From Podarcis tiliguerta (Eukaryota): DNA of 64,000 bases. Numbering within the stretch: the first letter of the stretch is position 1; every line of letters begins with the position of its first letter. The position numbers and the translations under genes were made by a program. The notes under the pieces are model-generated. The model saw nothing but the letters and a program-made list of their open reading frames with translations, ran no database searches and was not told the DNA's origin. Location: NCBI GenBank assembly GCA_965153285.1, contig OZ229110.1; one strand, given 5' to 3'. Positions 23,055-37,509 of the stretch are shown piece by piece.

Positions 23055-25513
23055 AATATGAATTCTCTGACCAGAGCCCAGATGATTTTGATATCTCTCT
23101 GGATCACCACTTTTCACATGAACTACTATTAAGGCATCATTTTCCTTTATTTGTATGATCATCTCAATACATGCAAGTTGGCCAGCGCTGCCATTTAAAT
23201 GGGCTTCTTTTGATCATTCACTGAAATGTACTTTTTAGCTGCTGAACGATGTGGTTGACATTGCAACTTTCTAGATAAACCTATTTAGGTTTACTTTGGG
23301 ACTTCTTGAAGAAATAACGAGCAAGAAGGAAATTAGCTGCATCCTAGTAATAAAAATGCATTTTAATGGTCTCATACAGTAGTGTCACAAGTTATTTCCT
23401 GCTTCTTAAAATAATGTTTATTCCCCTCCTCCCTCAGTGCAAGGTAACTCCTGATGTTGAGTAAAATGTACAATTTGCACTGGTGCTGGTGACTTCCCTT
23501 CATGTAGGCATGAAGGTGCTGGAAGGAAGATTGGTATTAGGGATGTGTGAAATATGTCCTGCATGCTGGGACAGCAAGAATTTGAGGCCAATAACTGCAA
23601 AAGCAGTGTGTTTGAATCACCAGCTTTACACTGCATGCGTATTGTCATTCATAACTGCACGATTTAAATTTTTGCATCAAAATGCAGACAGCAGTACAGA
23701 TTTGAACCAGTTTTGCCCATCACTTGTACAGTTGCCTTCACTGGAAAATCTTGTGCAATTCCCACCACAGCTCTTTCTTTTCACAGATAATAGTTGTGGG
23801 TCTGCTGCTTACATGTCATTCTAACTTGCAATAGTAGATTTGTGGAATTGGCAGCGGAGCAGAAACTTGCGAATACGTGTGCGTTTCTAATCTTGATCTC
23901 AGCTTTCTCACTTCAGGGGTGGTCTAAGGAATTATAGCGATTGGAGATTCAAACCAGCTTTTTGAGAAATGATGGCAAGTTCATAAGCCAGATACTCCCA
24001 AACTATATAAGTTCATGAAAAGGGCAAGCTGATATAAGGAGTATTACAGAGCCAGCCAATAAAACCACTTAGCACTAATCTAATTAGTCCACTAGCCTGG
24101 ACCAAACCAACTTCTTGATTTTATAAATGTATAATTAATGGTACTTTAAAATTGCTGCAGTTGTTTGATCTAGAATTGGTTATTTATTGATTTGGTTTCT
24201 TGTTACAGTTGTCCATGTTGCACATTATCACCAGGACATCATCTGTAAAATAAATAATTGTTCTAAGTTATTCTGAATTTTGAGGCTGAATAAAACAGTG
24301 GCCTTTTCTCTGCAGTTCTGCTCTATAGCTAGATCAAAGGTCATCCTGAGCCTGTTGATCTGTGCACTGGTGCAACTAGGGGTTGGGGGTCTTCCTCTTA
24401 GCTGCTTCATCCTCTTGATGCACCCCTGTTGTTTCTGGGGGTCTTTGTGTTTGCGAAACAAATTCTCCTGCCTAAGATTTCTACTTTGTCAACCGAATTG
24501 CATTCCAACCAAACACTGAATACATTCTGTTGTATGCTTAGTATGTATTTATACCATACATTTCTGTACACTAAACTTTGGTTAGATGAAACCTTAAGTT
24601 TGGGAAGAGGCTTCAGTTGACTGCTAATCCTGCTATGCTTGTGTTGCTTCTTGGGGAACGAAGCCATCTGAAGTCTAGTTCCATGCTTCATTTAAGAAGA
24701 GGCTGAATGGCCATCTCTCATGGATGCCATGGTTGCAGTCTGCCTTCAGCAGTGGGCTGGGCTATATTGCCTGCAATACCCCTTCCAATTTTGTCTGATT
24801 CTGTGAACCTAATAGATAATTACTGATTGCCAGATGATAATGAATGTCGCTGTACTGGAAATCATCCAAGAAAATGGGCAATGTTACACTCTGGGTGAAG
24901 AATAAATGCCATTCCTTGCACATGTTTTGGGAACTCAAAGCTGAAAACTAAGAATTGCCGTTCTTAGAATAAACATGAAAGCTGTCATTTGGAAAAAAAA
25001 TACATGAAAGAATTTCCAGCATGAACATCTTTGCTATATTCACTCTCACATTTTCCATTGTTCTGAAATGGAAAGATACCGCTTGGTTTGTCTTCTCGCC
25101 AGTGAGATTTTTCTTTCTTCCTCTTCACCAAGGCTTTCCCCCCTTTGGATTGCTGCTGCTTTCCCTCTTATCATTGAGAATGCTCTCCATCAGGTTTACA
25201 TCTCCTCCTCTCACAGAGTGATGTAAATGAATGGATGAGGAAATGATAGCGCTCTTCTCTTTCTCTTCACTGCCACAAAGAAAAGACCAAGACTCAGCAC
25301 TGGAACAGAAGTAAATAACGATGGAAAATGTTCAGCAAGTAACTCCTTAAACCATCCTCATAGCAGAAGAGGGAAGATCCCATGATGGGTCCATTTGTGC
25401 TCTAGCACAAGAGCACTAAATTCCAGTTTTGCTTTTCCAGTTATGGCTAAATATTCAAATGTGTTGTGGATAAAAATGAAAATCTTTACAACCCTTTAAC
25501 TTCATCATGACAG

Positions 25514-25618
25514 ATTTAGACTCACATGAGAAGCAAGAAGATCCAACAGAAGAATACAAAACACCTGGACTCGAAGGGGATAAGTATGGCAGAAAAACTC
25601 AGCTTTCTCCTAGTATCA
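25514..25618 (+). CDS. CD44: CD44 stem exon S2
   Basis: catcatgacag|...|gtaagc, 105 nt, phase 1-1. LDSHEKQEDPTEEYKTPGLEGDKYGRKTQLSPSI. Confidence 0.8.
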
Positions 25619-28600
25619 GTAAGCATAATTCTTTTTACTGGGAAAATGGCCTTGTAGATATTTTCTGAAGCTTACTCATACTTGCTTATTCTCCCAACAT
25701 ACACTCAGCCTTCACATCTTTAATTTGCACTCACATTGGTCATACCATTTAGTGTGTTATTCTGCCTTCTTTTCTCTCTGTTGGTGCCCCTTTATACATT
25801 TTCCTTATTTTGGATTATGGCCAAGCTGAGGACTATTTGCCTGTGTTGTATAAACAAACAAACAAAATCAACATTAAAGCCATTCAAGAACACAGGACGT
25901 GATCCTTCATTCTCCATTAAGAGGAAGTCCTGGTGATGGTGACAGAAGACAGATTAATGGAGTTAATCTGCCACAGCATATATCCAACCTGTTAGTTACT
26001 CTGCCATCATTACAGCTGGTGAAGTGTCAAACAATGAGAAGCGCCCTGAAAACTCTACTCAAGTTCGACAGCTTCCTGAAGAATTCCCTTCATGGTGGCA
26101 GTCGGAGGAACACAAAGAAGTGCGCAACGCAACTTCCAGGAAGGGTAACGCCTTACAAATGTTCTAGTCGGTTTGCCACCCCCCGCTCTTAAAAATGCTT
26201 GGGCAAGAAACTCATCTTCTCAATGAGAAGTTGCTGCTAGTCTTTTGTCTGCTGTGACTGAAACCAGCATTGCAGCCGCCTCCAGCACAGTGACTGTTGT
26301 GCTTGAGCACTGGCAATATGAGCGGATGCAGTCATGTGGCGGCCAGTGGCATGTAGAACAGTGCACAAGTTGACCGCAGGTCCTCTTTTCTCCAACCACT
26401 TGTACCATCGTGCGGAAGCACAAATCAGCATACTGTACTGCCAGTGGAAGTGCACAGCAATTACTATGCTGGAAGTGGTCATGTGGATTGACCTAGCAGG
26501 TTCATTGTTGTTACTTGGTTGTAGCACAGTGCAGCAATTCCTTTTGGCCAAGAAGGTATTAAATGCCTCAGCTTCGCATATGTGCCTGTGAAAAAGGTAC
26601 GCGCATACTAAGCACACACATGCATCTTTCCTTGCAATGTGCAATATGGGAGGCCTTCTGCAGCACTGTGCTCAATTCAAATATTTCTAAATAATATGGA
26701 TCATTTTGAAATTGTTTTAGATATATGCAATAATGGATAAAAGTTAGTTGTGAAATTAAGAATTAGGGTAAAATCTTTGCTGTGTAAACTAGCTTAATCA
26801 GGTATCTTCCCCATGTAGCTGGAGAAGAGGAACTAGTTCCATAGTCTTGCATTGTACTCTCTTCCATTTGCTTTGTCATTATTTTTGATAATTATAATTT
26901 AGTCATGGCTTTCTCCTTTGCACTTCTCCTCTTTTAGGCACCAATTAAAACTTCATAGCTATATTTTTCTGAGAACTGTCACAAAAGCCCGTTGACATGA
27001 AATCATTATCTTGTCAAAACATTCACCGCTGTAATTGCCATTCATATTCTGAATCCAGAAAGTCATTGTTTTGGCTTTCTTCATTACTCTTAACAATTTT
27101 ATTACACTGTGATACCTTAGCCTGGTATTATACTGAATTCTGGTATAACCTAGATGATTTTCACATTCACTGCATTTGCACATAATGATAACCAATGGTT
27201 TAGACGCACAAACCACGCACAAAGCGAAGGAAGCTTCTGTGAGTCTTGGGCATGCTTGTTTTCTACTCTCTTTCCATGTGGCAGGGAGAAGGCTTCTGGA
27301 GCATTTAGTTCCAGTTTCAAAGAATCTTAACTGATAACATATGAACCAGAGATTGGTGTAAACCAAACTCTGGTCAGTTTCTGAACAATCCAACTTCAAA
27401 CCTTGAGTCATGACCCAGGCTTGTTTAAATAACCACAGCTTCTCTTAAACCACTGTCCCTGGTTCCTACATAATGGCAAGCCAGGTTTCTCAGAAAATGA
27501 AAATAAATATTCTCCCTGTGATCAGGAAGGGGCAGAAGGAATGCACAAGCGCAAGTCTCATGGCAGCTCTTTCTTGCTCATGAATGTAGCACTAAACCAT
27601 AGTCCAGCGTTATTAGACAGTTCTGGCGTTACCATGGACCAGAAAACAGTCATTATAACTGATCTTTCTGTAGCCTATAACAAACACACAAAGCCTTGTA
27701 TTTACTTCTCCCTATTTAAGGATTCTTGACCACATCAGCTTGACATTTCTCTTTAAACCAAATCAAAGTTTCAAACAGGAATAAAAAAAATAGCAGCTTA
27801 CTGTGGCCAATTAGCAATGGGAAACGAGAGAGGCAGAAAATGGGCAAATGACTTTATGAGATCCAGTTCTCTTAGTGATCTTTTGAGGACAGTTTTGTGA
27901 GCGGTGCTTCTTGGCCTGACACTTTGTCCTATTTTTCTCTTATGCAAGGTTTAAAAAGAGGAAACTCTAAAATCATAAAAAATAATATAGTCAATAACGG
28001 GCAACCCTTTGCATACATACGTACAGAAAGGAATCCTCGTTCTTACTCTTCCCTGAGCTCATGGAAGGGCTTTTGATCCAGTGGTTGAGAGGAGGAAACA
28101 TTTGCTGATCTCTTCCACAGTGCCCCTGAAAAACAGCTCCAGAAACTTGGGGGTACCTTCCAAAACACAGTATAAGCTATTGTGGGGATGGATTGCAGGA
28201 CGAAGGGTGAATTGGGAAAAATCTTTTGCCCTCCATGTCCATTAGCAGAGGCACCTGCTGAATCAAAAGCCTTCTGTTATCATAAGTGCCCTGATTGGAT
28301 TCCACCCATTGTAAGCACAAAAATACATACGGTAAAACTTTGGTGGGTGGGTGTGAGTAAGGGCTTTGGGATTCACTAAAATGGCTTGTAGATGCACCAC
28401 AATTTAAATAAAGGGATTCAATACCCTCACTTAATTCCCCCCCCCCACTTTATTTTGCTTCCTTATTGGTTAGTATTATATTTGGCTTTATTTTATCAAT
28501 GTCCTGCTCTAAGCTAACTTCTCTCTAGTGTATAAATAAACTCTTCTGATTTTGATAAATACTACAAGGTTTTCAATTCCTGTGAGAAGTCAATGCAAGA

Positions 28601-28800
28601 ACTATAGGAACAGACCCCTCTTTCTTGAATTAAGCACCAAACGCCTAACTGTTAAGCCTCTTTCTCCCTTCCTCTTATTAATCTTATTGTTGGCAGGCAA
28701 GTTGTTTATTCAGGAAGGTGTTGATGGATAGTAGCTTAGCTGGGAAATGTTGGCTTAACAAATAAAAATATCATAACTCATTCCTCTGTTGTCTGAACAG

Positions 28801-28887
28801 CTGTCAGCCCTCATCACAACTCACATGAGAAAATGTCCACCAGTATTGATTTTAAGGAGGTGCATCATCCCACTGAAGGAACTTGGG
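28801..28887 (+). CDS. CD44: CD44 stem exon S3 (candidate)
   Basis: tctgaacag|...|gtaaaa, 87 nt, phase 1-1. VSPHHNSHEKMSTSIDFKEVHHPTEGTW; shares ACTCACATGAGAA with S2. Confidence 0.65.
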
Positions 28888-29803
28888 GTAAAAAAATTAA
28901 CTGCTAACAATCGTTTATAATGGTCTAGAATACAAACTTAGTGGTAACATCAGAAGTAGTGTGTTGATTGTAGAAAACAGCCCCTAATCCTGTAAGGATT
29001 TTTCTATTCAATAAAGCCCCACTTAGTCAGAAATCTTTGGATCTGAATATACAGTTCAGACTGAATATGCATGAATATTCATTTGGACTGAATATGTATC
29101 CTCTATTACTACATCTATGTATTGCTGAGATCCCCTGCTCTTTTAATAACTCCTCAAAGCATCCTAATATTGGGTTGCTTTGTCAATAACTTTATTTCTT
29201 CTTATCCATTGGTTGTTCTTAATGCCAGCTCCATTATTTGTGGTGGCAGTGGGATGCATAAACTGAAAATTCTCTTGTGCTGTCTCTAATCTCTGTGTAA
29301 CTGTCTCTTTTCTTATGGTAGCAAATTATACAGTAAGAATATAGCATTTCCACTGAGATTCTGATCAAATCACCCGTATTCAGAGCTCCAACTTTTCTCT
29401 AGTGGGATCCAAAGGATCTTGCAGTGCCTCCCAGGAGCATATCCTGGTGTATTGAGTGCCTTGTAAATGCTCTCTCTTCTCTTTATTATATCACTCACAA
29501 TGCCTTGTGTGGTGTTACAGTGATACAAGGCAACTGTAACCAACTCAACCGTTTTCTTGTCATGCACTGGATCATAGACACTCTTATTGATTTGATGCCC
29601 ACTGTACATTGTTGCACCGCCACCACTGGTTGGTTTATTTCCACCCAATAAATCTATTACGCATTATTAATCTCTTACTCATTATTCATCTCTAACGAGC
29701 TCTGAAAACACTACCACAAATAAGAAAGATACTTACTTTGGTGATTGGGAAATGGATAATGATATTAAAAGCTTATCGTAGGTTTACATAATCAAATCAC
29801 TAG

Positions 29804-29989
29804 ATAAGAGTTCTGAAGAACATCATGATGTTGTTGGTGATGATGATGATGATGATGGTGGCGATGATGATGATGATGGTGGCGATGATGATGATGATCA
29901 TTATGGAGAAGGGTCTGGGCACTTAAATCCTGAAACCGTTCTTGAATGGAACAGCAGTGGTGATAACGAACCTCGGCCATCAAAAACCA
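29804..29989 (+). CDS. CD44: CD44 stem exon S4 (poly-Asp, EGSG; v3-like GAG exon)
   Basis: cactag|...|gtaagc, 186 nt, phase 1-1. KSSEEHHDVVG-D6-GG-D5-GG-D5-HYGEGSGHLNPETVLEWNSSGDNEPRPSKT. Confidence 0.82.
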
Positions 29990-32272
29990 GTAAGCATTAA
30001 TTCCTGTAATGTATGCACTGCACTATAATGAAAGTCATTAGATGTGTCTCAGTAAACCATGGGATTTGGATGTATGTGTACATATTAAGCCCTCTAGAAG
30101 TAATAAATGATAATCTATAAGGAATAGTTTGCGCCATACATAATTCAGAAATACCACAACATTGAATCCAAAATTAATTTATAATGCAATTCTGGATATA
30201 ATGCAAGATTACTGCTTAATAATAGACAACACAAAGCAAAGAAGGTTTAATTGAGTACCAGGAATTATTTTACTCTGCCATTATTTCTATGCATATCCTA
30301 AGCTGGGAGCAGGACTTCGTGTTTGCATATGAGAATGGTACAATCCTATTGGCTTAGTCTGGAAATGGAAACTCGGGTGCATACTTATAAAACAAAAGTC
30401 TCATTTTGTGTTTTATGCTTGAGCTTCATTTAGCTCTGACTTGCCTTACCTCTTCGCATTGGTGTCTGTTAGGCATTTGTCCTAGGAATGCATATTATGA
30501 AACTACGCTTTCCTTGGTAAACATCCTGAAACTACTTTGGTTTCTTTTGCATTGGATTATCTCTATGATGGGGACATTGCAAAGTGTGCTGGTGCCTTCA
30601 GTTGTATTTGGAAAAGTACCATTCCTATCAGTACATTTAATCTCTAGGCTCTGACTTTTATCATTCATGTTATTTGTGCACAGGTGGTCTATGAGGTCAT
30701 ATTTATTTTGCTATGGTGAGATGGTGGTTGTTTTGTGGCGGTGGTAAAAGCTATTCTTTGGGTTTAGCAACAAGCATCAAGTTATATGTTAAACTAACAT
30801 ATGTTGTGCATATCTTCCTGGATTATTCTTTCTCTCATTGTGGAAAATGCAATTTAGTGAAATCAGTCAAGCGGCTTGTACTCATTTGTATCTATCAGAA
30901 GTGTAGTGGGTCTCATTGCATTCTATGAATCATGCATTTTGCTATAGTTCTTCCATAGTGAAGCAAAGCAAATCGTAAGTCAAAGAGTGCATTTCAAAGG
31001 AAGAAATTCTGTGGATCAAAACTTTATTTTACTGTTTTCCAACATAATTTTATACAGTAGTTGGAGACATATATTTTTGTGCCTTTAGCCACAGCCTTAC
31101 TTACTTGCTTGCTTGCTTACTTACTTACAATTTTTATTTAATAAAGCCATTGTTATCCTACACTTTACACACTTTCCACTGCATTTAAGACTGATTTTTA
31201 GGAGAAGCAGATTTGTTGCACAAGAGTGCCAAACCTGCTTTAATTGTATAACCTGAGTTTTCTGGTACATGACTAAGCAGCACCCAGGAGTAACGACAGT
31301 GTAGAAGTATCCTTACGTTTCTGTATCAAGTTGCTGTTCAAAGCACAGAACCAATCCCAGTTTTTGTTTTAATGACAACCTTTGGTTATAAGTGGAAAGG
31401 TTAGTATGCATAGCACTTGATGGTAACAGAAGGGTTGAGTTTGGATTTTTGTAATGATCTCTGAAACTCATCAGTGGTCATGATTGCAATTTTCTTCAGC
31501 AGTAGTACAAAACTAGTGGCACTATTGTGCGATTGCCCACCTGAACTTAAAATTTGTCTCTGCCACTCTGATGAAATCATTTAAAAACAAAAGTAAAATG
31601 TTAAGTTTCCAAAATTCTATTTTTCCAAGATATTTGAGGGCAATGATCCTGACATTTGCCCATTGATGTGGGTTTTCCAGAAGTGTTTGCATCAGAAAAT
31701 TCTCTAACCTAGCATATTTATTGTACTTGTGTTTAAGTAAACAGAACAAAACCTTTGAAATGTCCAAACTTTCCCAATATTACATTAGCAATTGGCAGCC
31801 ATTCATTGCCACTTAAGAAACAGAAACTAGAAAATTTTTCATTTGGGAAAATTTTCTGTCCCGTATCTTGGGTTTTGCTTGCAGATCTACTACTCTTGCA
31901 GCAATTTTCAGCCAGAGTGAATATTTGCAATCTAAAGAGGACATACTCCTGATTCATGGATGTTTATTTATTTATTTGATGGCATTCAATGGACATGTGT
32001 GAACTGTCCACTGTAAAGTATTGCATTTGATTTCAAATTGTTGTGCCTGCGATGGTGAATTTCAGAGGGTTCTCTCACACATGTAAATTTCCACTTGATG
32101 CTAAAGACGAAACGACATGGATATGTGAGCTGTGCATTAAAAATACCTGTACAATATAGATGGCTTATGTTATACCCATGTGTTATACCCAAGAAATAAT
32201 ACCAATGTTAATTGGTTGGTGGTAGTGTGGAATATAGTCAAATAAATATCAATTCAACTATTGTCACAACAG

Positions 32273-32446
32273 CTGTGGTCTCCACCGAAGATGTCAAGCA
32301 TGATGACTCGGCCCATGATTCATTTCTGTATGGTGTGCACTCTGAAAAAGACAGTGAAGTCAGATATTCAACAAATGGCACAAGGGAGGATGTGCCACCC
32401 CGAATTGTTCCTCTAGGTGATGATGAACATTATTCAACAGCTACTG
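32273..32446 (+). CDS. CD44: CD44 stem repeat exon S5
   Basis: cacaacag|...|gtatga, 174 nt. VVSTEDVKHDDSAHDSFLYGVHSEKDSEVRYSTNGTREDVPPRIVPLGDDEHYSTAT. Confidence 0.85.
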
Positions 32447-34151
32447 GTATGACTACTAAAGAAAGCATGATCTTGACACTACCTCTTTCATGTCAGCATC
32501 AACTCTCACTAGTATCAAAGTCTAGAAGTTAGTTAATAACTAGAATCATGGTGCAGTGCTACATCTGTAGTATATCTGCTACTACATCTGCAGATAATAT
32601 GCTGTGATTACTTAAAAAAAAGAAAGCAGAGCCACACATTTGAAGGCATTTCCCCCCAGATGTGTTCTGTTAAATCTTAACAAAGCCATGAAACCCAAAG
32701 CTCACGTGTTATTTGGCTTTGGCTAAGCAAGAGTGAGTCACAAATCCCAAATCTGAATTTATTTTAGACTCCAAAGTTCCCTGAAATTTGCAGAAGTTCC
32801 AAACCAACATGTCATCCCTGTCTAACCATATCTTAAAGCAGTATTTTTTAAAGTGCTGTCATATGTAACCACGTTGGCCTCAATTCAGTGCTACACAAAG
32901 GGAGTTTGGCAGTGCTAAAGTACACATAGATCAGACACGCAGCCAGTAAAAGTCGGTATAGAAACATGATGAGATTGGCCCATACCAAATCAAGTGGCCG
33001 CTGTGTTTTTCAAGTAGCCAGCGCTTGTAGACTTCACAAAAATGGCTCAGATCAGTTCCTTGTTTAGAAAGTTGGGAGCCAACATGAGCTCATTTTGTGA
33101 TGCTTCACTTTGTTTTAAAGAAAGAACTATATAAACTGCTATTCAAACACATGAAAACAGAGATCTTTTGAACCCAAGGGCATAGATTTGCCAACATTAG
33201 AGGAAGATTGCATTATTAGGGAATGAAAGATGAATAAATGGCATTTATACAAACACATACGCAACTTGCATTGCAATTTTGGTTTGGTTTATTATGGAAA
33301 TGTATTAGCATTTTCTCTTGCAGATGGGGTCTACCTTGCTTTCCTATTCCAAAGGGCTTTCTGTGGGCTTGGTGTTATTTCTCAAAATCTAAAGCATGTT
33401 CTCTTGGGCTCATCTCAGGCAGTCATCACAATGTTCAACACATTATGCTTCCTGCTGAATGCTGGGAAAAGGGTTGACTCTGAAGGAAAAATCTGGTGGT
33501 GTGGTGGTGGTACCTCAAGACGCTTCTGGCAGTTTCCTTGGATTTAAACAGCAGCACCTTTAGAACTGTATAAGGCTATGCTGAAATGGTTGAACTACAT
33601 CTGGCTCAGAATGCCAGCCAAAATATTTTTTTTCCAAGTTGATTGTGTGAACCGACATTATCTATCTGCAGCATTTGGCCTTAGTGCCTGGAACAAATGT
33701 CTAAACATATTCCAAAAAGTACAATTTCAAAGAAAAAGGAAGAAGAAAAAGAAGACAAGAAAGAGAAAGTTTATGGACTTAAGATGGTGCTGTGATTTCA
33801 GTTGTACAAAGCCTTGGCATCTATCAAAGACGTTTGATAGATCAGTTAAAGGTGCAGGCTGTTGCCACATTTTTTCTGCCTATAATACTGTTACACGCCT
33901 TTCCGCTATTCCTACTGGTCTCTGGGGCACTGTCTGGAAAATCAGCAACTTCTGATAATCGAGGTGATGACACTGGGTGGCTGTGAATTCAACAATACTT
34001 TCCCAAAAAATTATCTACTTTCCTCCTCCTCTTGCTTATGCACATAATTGAAAAAGCAAGCCATATCTAGTTTAACAAGATAAAGTGAACAATCTGGATG
34101 GTTGTTCAGCAAGCATAACACTGCAACTGATTCAAAACATCATCATAACAG

Positions 34152-34340
34152 CTGGGTCCTCCAGTGATGATTTCTTCAAGCAGGAAGACTCAACTCAGAA
34201 TCCACTAGATGGCGCTCTCTCTGGATTAGAAACTGAAGACACATTACCTACAACCACAGCTTCAGACGTATTGCATCCTGTGCTTGTTCCATCAAGTGAA
34301 AGAGAAAGAACTCCAGAGGAAGAATCTTCCCACCATACAG
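34152..34340 (+). CDS. CD44: CD44 stem repeat exon S6
   Basis: cataacag|...|gtatca, 189 nt. GSSSDDFFKQEDSTQNPLDGALSGLETEDTLPTTTASDVLHPVLVPSSERERTPEEESSHHT. Confidence 0.85.
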
Positions 34341-35569
34341 GTATCAGAACCAATAGTGAACTGTAGAATTAGATTTTCATTTGGATTGTTTGCTTTCATT
34401 TCCTGATCCAGGTTTCTGGAGAAATGGTGTTTAACCATACTTAAAAATAGAACTTTTAGTCACGGGGCGGGGGGGGGGGCGTTGTGAGTTTCCTTTATTC
34501 TTCCATATATTAGAGATGTGAGTTCCAAATTGTTGAGAGTTTTGCTTTTCGCAGCCATTCCCCCCCCCCCATAATTTTTAGTTACATTTTAAATAGATAG
34601 GTACAATCTATTATCAGTGTCAAACATACCCCAGATATGTCATACCGATAAAATTTATGTTTATACCATTTGCTAGTAAACCTATATAAATATCTAAAAG
34701 TAGACCGTACTGGACTTGATGGGCCAGTGGGCTGACCGAATATTAAGGATGTGCCGTGTGTGAGAACACAGAGGTATAAATCAAGACCACTTTGCTGTCT
34801 GGTTATTCTGAAGTTATCTGTGTTTTATCCCTGTTGTGGCAATGCAGCAGCTTGAGTTGTATTGGTTGCCAGACATTGCCACAGTATGCAAATTGAAGAA
34901 TCTGGGTTTAAGCTGATGTAAGCCTACTGAACTCAGTGGAAGTAGCTGATTCTGTAAGAAGACTGAATTTTCATCCAAGCATTTTGGCCAAATTGGTTTG
35001 TGCATTAGTCATTCTATCCATTTCCACATAGAAAGAAAAATTATATAAAATGATAAAATTATGCCTCTTCTTGCACCAACTAGTGATTAGCATGCCAACT
35101 CAAACATAGGGAGCTGCCTTATACTGACCACTGGTCCATCTAGCTCAAGATGGACAGTCTGCACTGACTAGCAGCAGCTCTGCCAGGTTTCAGACAGACT
35201 CTTTCCCAGTCCTATGTGGAGATGCTAGAGCTAGAGATTGCATGCAAAGCAGATTCTCTGCCACTGAGTCAAGCTTCTACCCCATGTAAGGTTTGAACTA
35301 TACTGATTCAAATAACCACCTCAGTACAGTGACACTTTGTTGAGGTGAGAGTTCTGACAGGCAGAATGGGCTTCCGTATTGATTTCTGTTGAGGTGGCGA
35401 CTCTACATGCATAAATAAGGTTTCCATCCTATGGTGAAACAATTGGGGAAGCCTGTTTCCATTGAGGTTCACGCACAGAACTTTCTGAGTCTCTCACTAT
35501 CTACTAAACACACGGAAATCCAAAATACTGAGTTACTGATTCCTGCATTGTTTATCATTGCTACAATAG

Positions 35570-35743
35570 TTCTAGCCTTCAATGAAAGTGCTGAACATGA
35601 AGAATCACCTCAAGATCAGTTATCCGCAGTGGGCAAAGCTGGGCGGAGTAGTGGTTCTGCCACAAACAGAACGATCCTTGGTGTCCTAGAAACACTTATT
35701 CCTCAAAGTGAGAAGCTTCATGACAATGAATCTTCTCAGACAG
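35570..35743 (+). CDS. CD44: CD44 stem repeat exon S7
   Basis: acaatag|...|gtactg, 174 nt, with an in-frame alternative AG ending 35575. LAFNESAEHEESPQDQLSAVGKAGRSSGSATNRTILGVLETLIPQSEKLHDNESSQT. Confidence 0.8.
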
Positions 35744-35937
35744 GTACTGCCTGCAGGATGTTAATGTAACCTTCCTATGTTCAGTTCTGTTTCTCTTTTA
35801 TGTCAGCGAATAGGAAGGCTTTTATGTCTCAGCGAGAAGTCCAGCCTTTATTAGAACTGTGGTCTGACGCTTCTCCATTTGGGGTGAAACATGGTCTTCA
35901 GAAACGGAAGCAATTTGTATTGTGGTAATTGCACAGG

Positions 35938-36301
35938 GGGACGCGGGTGGCGCTGTGGGTGAAAGCCTCAGCGCCTAGGGCTTGCTGATCGAAAGGTTGG
36001 CGGTTCGAATCCCCGTGGCGGGGTGCGCTCCCGCTGTTCGGTCCCAGCGCCTGCCAACCTAGCAGTTCGAAAGCACCCCCGGGTGCAAGTAGATAAATAG
36101 GGACCGCTTACTAGCGGGAAGGTAAACGGCGTTTCCGTGTGTGGCTCTGGCTCGCCAGAGCAGCGATGTCACGCTGCACACGTGACCCGGAAGTGTCCTC
36201 GGACAGCGCTGGCCCCCGGCCTCTTTGAGTGAGATGGGCGCACAACCCTAGAGTCTGTCAAGACTGGCCCGTACGGGCAGGGGTACCTTTACCTTTACCT
36301 T
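35938..36301 (+). mobile_element. Sauria SINE (different subfamily), full length
   Basis: GGGACGCGGGTGGCGCTGTGG head, B-box GGTTCGAATCC, (ACCTTT)n tail, 12-bp TSD TAATTGCACAGG (35926-35937, 36302-36313). Confidence 0.92.
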
Positions 36302-37509
36302 TAATTGCACAGGAGGAAAGCAGCAGCCCCTCCTATGTCACGGTTCTGATCCAGTTCCCCTGCCCCTTACATGGCAGCTACATTCACAGAGCTGCATCTC
36401 ACATATATTTTGGCCTTCTTACTACCCTTTAAAGTGAATTCCTAGTATTCCAGTATTAGGGCACTAAGATAATCATGGCATTCTGACAAAACCTTCCATT
36501 AATAATGGGTTGTTAGCATTCCCAATAATGGATGGCATTACCGCCAGGCCATGGAGGCCTAGCCACCAAACGGCGCCATCCCTTCTGCAGGATCCTACGC
36601 ACATTTCTCTGTCCTGCTACCTCAGTCAGTGTTAAAGAATGGTGGACCCATGTTCTTTTGCATCAGAGGCACCTAAGCTTTTTAAAAAGGTAGCTTTGAG
36701 AAGAGCCACTATTCCATTCAAACAGATAAGTCACATTTCAGCATCTGAGTAGGGCTTCATATCATATTAGTTTTATTTCATCTTGACACCACCACCCCAA
36801 TATAATTCAATCTCTGACACCAAGAATATTAGTGTCAGAGTGCTTTACACACAATTATTTTGCTTGCGCCTCTGTTGTGTAGATGCAGCCCATTACTGTT
36901 GTTTTAGCATTTCTTCAAGTAGAAAATACTCCACATTTACTGTAGATAACCAAAATTATCTACAGTATTTACTAATTTGTATTTCTATTGCCTGCTTTGC
37001 TGTCACAACATTGAAAGAACAAATTTGTTTTTACAAATACTTGGTAATTGTGCCATAAACAGCATGTGTCTATGAGGAAGTCAAAATACCTCCTTTGCAA
37101 GCTTATTTCTTTTCTTTTTTTAGAAACCTAGCTGTCTGCAAATAAGAAATGAACAAAATATGTTGTCTTCATACCATTTAACTAAAACCAAAATCATTTT
37201 ATAGCTGTGGAATACAAAATGCTTGCTTCACATGTACATAATAATGGCTAGATAAGATATTGTTTCAAAGGATTTAACTAAAATGAATTAACTGAAATAT
37301 GAACTGGTTATTTTTTTATTGAAAAATGCTTATACTAAAAGTGTAATAGAGAATCTTGACTTAGTGACAGATAAACAGACCCCTAAAAGGCACCCTTTTT
37401 TCTTGCGTGCCACCAGTGTAGTTGGATTCATATTGAACTGCAAGATGCATGTAGAATAGACAGTGGTTCTGCATATATTAAATTAACAAATACTTCACCA
37501 CAAAAGCAG

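Noticed and set aside
25818-25860. ATG GCC AAG... (MAKLRTICLCC) resembling a CD44 signal-peptide start
   Set aside because: Lies in a stem intron downstream of exon 5, with no hydrophobic core or CpG island; true exon 1 must be upstream of the window.
29370-29790. Minus ORF MGGNKPTSGG... and faint repeat-like peptides on + (GAYPGVLS, VGLFPPNKS, SSENTTTNKKDT)
   Set aside because: No recognisable protein family and no consistent acceptor/donor pair or open frame; at most a very old exon remnant.
29792-29983. Minus-strand poly-His ORF (HHHHRHHHHHH)
   Set aside because: Antisense shadow of the (GAT)n poly-Asp tract in CD44 exon S4, which has proper splice sites on +.
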